Positions 59,901 through 64,000 of a stretch of 64,000 nt of DNA are shown one piece after another; position 1 is the first letter of the stretch, and every line of letters begins with the position of its first letter. The DNA lies in the NCBI GenBank assembly GCA_047495785.1, contig JBLDXI010000001.1, positions 1,922,001 through 1,986,000 of the forward strand, read 5' to 3'. Source of the DNA: Lepidodermella squamata (lineage: Eukaryota; Animalia; Gastrotricha). Both the position numbers and the translations under genes were made by a program. Below the pieces are notes generated by a model. It was not told the origin of the DNA, searched no databases, and saw only the letters and a list, made by a program, of their open reading frames with translations.

Positions 59901-62900
59901 ATGTCAAACTCTCGATCAACCCCGACTGCTCCGATCAGCCTTAACCAATCTGCTTCCTCATCCTCGTCATTCACAACTGTCACGCTTGTGCCGACGACGT
60001 TGAAGAGCATTGACACTCCTGTCTCGACAGAGGGAGGATTAGTGACTACAGCTGCTAGTGATATCCGGCCAAGCCAGTCAACAATAACTGGCATGCTGAA
60101 TCAGACGACAATTGGAGTGACTATTTCGACTCTGGCTCGAAATTACTCATCGAGCAGCCTCCTGCCAACCTCGACCATGCGTGCTTTGATGTCGACAACT
60201 ACTGGCCAAACTATGCCATCGACAATCTCTACAGCGAAACCTCCGGGAACATCCTCTGTGACAGCACAGACCAGTTCAAGGCTTACTACTGCTTTGCCTG
60301 CCACCGCGTTAAATTTTTCGACTGGTGCATCGACGAGATCACCCTTAGCCTCACTTTCAACGGTTGCGTTGACCAACGTATCAACAACTATTTCAGGTTT
60401 TCCAGTTGTTAGCCAGAAGTCAACGCAGGGCAACGTTACATCGGCTTTCACGACGTCTCCACTAACAGCTGCAATAAGTTCTACCTCTTCTACCACTAGG
60501 TTAACCTCTTCGGCATCCTCAGCAAGGCCAGAGACAACATCGATTCGGGGTAACGCTACAGCATCGCTCACCCCGACTGACATTAGTACAACTACGCCTG
60601 GAAGTAGAACGGAATCCACTACGTGGACATCATCTGCACCTGTTAGTATGCTGTCGCAGACTACGTCGAGCAGCGAAGTCACAAAGACGAGCAGCATATC
60701 GCTGGAACCGACTGGCACAACCTCATCTTCCGTTATTTCACCTGGGTACCAGAATCGGTCAACATCTTCCCTTTCGACTACATCTGCGACCACCACGCGG
60801 GTAACATCGGCTAATCCTATAAGCGTCACTATGGTAGGCGGATTGTCGACTGCGCAACAAAGACCTATTAGCTCAGTTAGCTCTTCATTGAACAATTCTA
60901 CTCAGTCGACGTCTGGAGGAACGACATTGACGGCGGGTGAAAGCTCCTTGCGGACGACCGTGCCAATTTCCTCCACCGCAGCGTCGTCAACCCAACGGTC
61001 GACTCAACCGCCTTCTGTTACTACAGCTAGAATCACGGCAACAGTTTCAACTTCATCGAGGACCGATGCGCTTTTCAATGCTACGTCATCAGGTTCCTCC
61101 CCCATCAGGGATTCAACCACTCGGTCATCACAAGGTTTTGATTCGTCGACAAAGACCTCCTCGCCTTCAAGCTTGAACTCCACTTTGAGTTCGACTGGAG
61201 TTTATAGCAGCTCAACTCAAAGGACATCGGCAGCAAATTCGACCATTCAAAGCAGATCTACAGCGGCATTGACCGAAACGTCAACCCCGTTCAATCGTTC
61301 AGCTACTCTTGTATCAGAATCTGTCTCGACCGTTACCTGGAATTATAGTTCAATGAGTTCAGGTCCTCCTGGAAGCCAGAGTTCTCGATCAGCGTCGGCT
61401 TTCACAACGCCGTCAGTACCGGTCACGAGCTCCACTTCTACAAATTTAACTTCGCCGGCAACGTCCTCACTCAGGTCAGAGACAACGTCGATTCGAAGCA
61501 ACACCACTGCAACGCTTATCCGGGCTGAGATTAGTACAACTACGCCTGGACGTAAACCAGAATCATCTACATCTGGAAGTGTTGCGTCCCAGAGTACTTC
61601 GAACATCGTAGTCACTAGGTCGAGTAACATACCGCAAGAAGCGATCAGCACTACGTTACGTTCCATCATTGAGCCATCTGCGAGTCCTACGCCGTCCACC
61701 CAATCAATCTCATCCTCAACTGGACATCAGAACCTTTCTTCCTCGGCAACGGCTACGAACACCATGCGTATACTTGTGTCGTCTACTGTAACACAAAGCC
61801 CTGTTAGCTCAGTCACTAGCTCACCATTGAGCAGTTCTATTAAGACGACGTCCAGTGCAGGAACATTTGGTAACAACTCCTTGCCGACGATTATGCCCAT
61901 TTCCTCCACCGCGACATCGCCAACACAACGGTCGACGCTATCATCATCTGTTACAACAGCTAGGATCTCGACAAAAGCTACGTCATTGAATTCCTCTTTG
62001 GCGGATTCGACCACCAAAATCTCCACGTCTTCAAGCTTGCACTCCACTTCGAGTTCGACAGGAGCTTACAGCACGGCAACGCAAAGGATCTCGATTGATA
62101 ATTCTACCATTCAAAGCAGGTCCACGGCGACATCAATGCCTATTTCTAGCAGTGTATCGACATCGGCTCGAACAGCAGAAAACAAATCGACTTTCAATCC
62201 GATAACCTCGACAGTTACACCATCCAGTCGTTCGACGACTCTTGAATTTGTCTCTATTCAGACTGGTACGATTAATTCCAGTTTGACTTCGGCGTTCTCA
62301 GCTTCGGCGACTACCATCAAGACCGTAACCAACCTGACATCAACAACTGCGCTTTCGAGCAATAAGACTACGACCATTTTTCCTTCAACATCACCCACAC
62401 CTACTGTTCCATCTGTTACTTTGAAAACCTCGCTTTCTTCTTCGAGCACTGGAACGCCCCGACCTCCTGTAACAGCCACATCAACAAACGCCACGACAGT
62501 ACCTGGCCAGCAAAATGTTACTCGCATCTCAACTTCAGGCGGTGTCGTGTCGAGCTTCACCATCACAGCGAATCCGACTAGCCGAGTTTCGTTCACTGGA
62601 AAGACTACTGAAGCCGGTTCCCGATCTACTACATCTTCTAGGCAAACCACTTCCAGTGATACTACTCAGTCATCTTTGGCCTCTTCAACTAAAGACTCAC
62701 TTTCAGTGTCAACAAGGGCAGGAAATAATGCAACTGACAGCACGAAAACATCATCGACATCAAGTAGCTCGGCGTCGGGATTTTCCAGCGTTACCTCGAT
62801 ATCTGGACTTGAATCCACTGCTCCTGCCACTACTACCAATCTGACGCCGATAATTACGTCCGTGGCATCCAACACTACTTTGGCTGTAACCAGAATCACC

Positions 62901-64000
62901 GCGAGTCTTTCTCCAGCCACGAGTTCTACGACGGTGCGATCAACATCGGTAAACATCGAGCGCACTACAACTTCTAGAGACTCTACAATCATGACTACGA
63001 AGCAAAGGGATATCTCTTCAACAACCGTTAGCTCGACATCTACAACTGTTAGGACATCTCTAACAGCCGATGAGACGTCATCATCACGTGATTCTTCGAA
63101 ATCTACTACTTCCGCGTGGGAGTGGAGAAGTTCAACTCCAACTTCGACAAAAGCTGATTCGACAACTCAAAGCAATGTTTTGTCGACTACTGCTCAGTCG
63201 ACTCCGTACTGGCGGTGTCCAGGCTGGTTCACTCAGCTTATTGAAACTGCCGGACTAGGAAACTCGCCAACAACTCCGCGCTCAACCACTGAGTCGGAAA
63301 TAAATGCTGCGGTGACTCAAATTTCACCAAGAGCAACCTCTCAAATCAGCTCTCCTGCAACCAAGCCATCATTCCCGAGTCAAAACTTCACATCGCCGTC
63401 TTTCACAACCAACTGGATGTTTACGAAGTCTACGAAGAATGTCGATCGGCTTAGTACTAATCAGTTCCCGCCAACGAAGCCCTCGACAAACTACCAATTC
63501 TTTGTATCTCACTCAAAATCTGGTTTCAGCGAAATCATCATTTCGGGGTATACCAGGTCCGAAGACGGTATGGTCGAACTGCTATACTTTATGCTTGGCC
63601 TAATGCTCAATTTTTTCAGATGAATGTGACGGAGAAAGTGATGCGATGCCCTATCAACAGTGTATTCGAACACCCTGTGGTACTCGCCGGGTTTGCAGAC
63701 CCGGATACGTTGCATCTTTAGTCAATCCTAAATTATGCCAACCAAGTAAAAATAACGATCTTGCTAAGAATTATTGGTAATTTATGCTATTTTTAGTCAA
63801 ATTTCTGAGACTTGGCGATCCCTGCTCTAAAATCGCTATCGACCAACAGCTCCCACCTCATACGATTTGTCGGGAGAACAAAGTTATTTGCAACTTATTC
63901 CATTACGAGAAAGACGGCACATGCGTTCCTATCGAACGCGGTCAGTTCGGTGACCAATGCGGTAGGTCGAAGAACCGATGCCTAGATGGCGATGGCCAAC
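50951..64000 (+). CDS. Giant secreted mucin-like protein: Cys-rich unit - ~3800-aa Ser/Thr domain - Cys-rich unit (runs off the window)
   Basis: Signal peptide exons from ATG 50951; intron 52047-52098 leads into the 3831-aa ORF; donor ~63568 leads to further Cys-rich exons (LRLGDPC...GQFGDQC). Confidence 0.88.

Noticed and set aside
52172-62992. Many Val-rich minus-strand ORFs opposite the mucin
   Set aside because: Antisense shadows of Ser/Thr codons; no independent coding evidence.
63568-63623. Hydrophobic ORF end (LLYFMLGLMLNFFR) as a mucin TM anchor
   Set aside because: It is intron read-through (gtatgg...tttttcag); splicing continues into Cys-rich exons.

Overview
Compact eukaryotic (probably invertebrate animal) genomic DNA with very short GT-AG introns (mostly 47-59 bp). 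No rRNA, tRNA or CRISPR array was recognised. 1-31 kb holds about 33 small, same-strand (+) genes packed head-to-tail, often only 20-100 bp apart. Most start codons lie just downstream of an unpaired U-rich AG acceptor, which suggests operons resolved by trans-splicing. Many of these genes encode a divergent N-terminal helical or coiled-coil module plus 1-3 C2H2/C2HC fingers, with SUMO-interacting, CtBP, AT-hook and RxL motifs. The array also contains finger-less members, a membrane-anchored member, an RG/Q/N-rich member and a divergent homeobox that the ORF track does not show. Three tandem minus-strand non-alpha Cys-loop receptor genes interrupt it at 6.3-11.6 kb. 31-64 kb holds secreted or surface genes: two Ly6/three-finger genes, EB-module and Cys-rich proteins, a helical Cys protein, a GT-A-like glycosyltransferase, a decayed dUTPase-bearing element, a secreted Sushi+ankyrin protein, and a giant mucin with ~40-45 PxIxIT-like repeats in one 11.5-kb exon. 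All gene models were spliced by eye and need RNA support.
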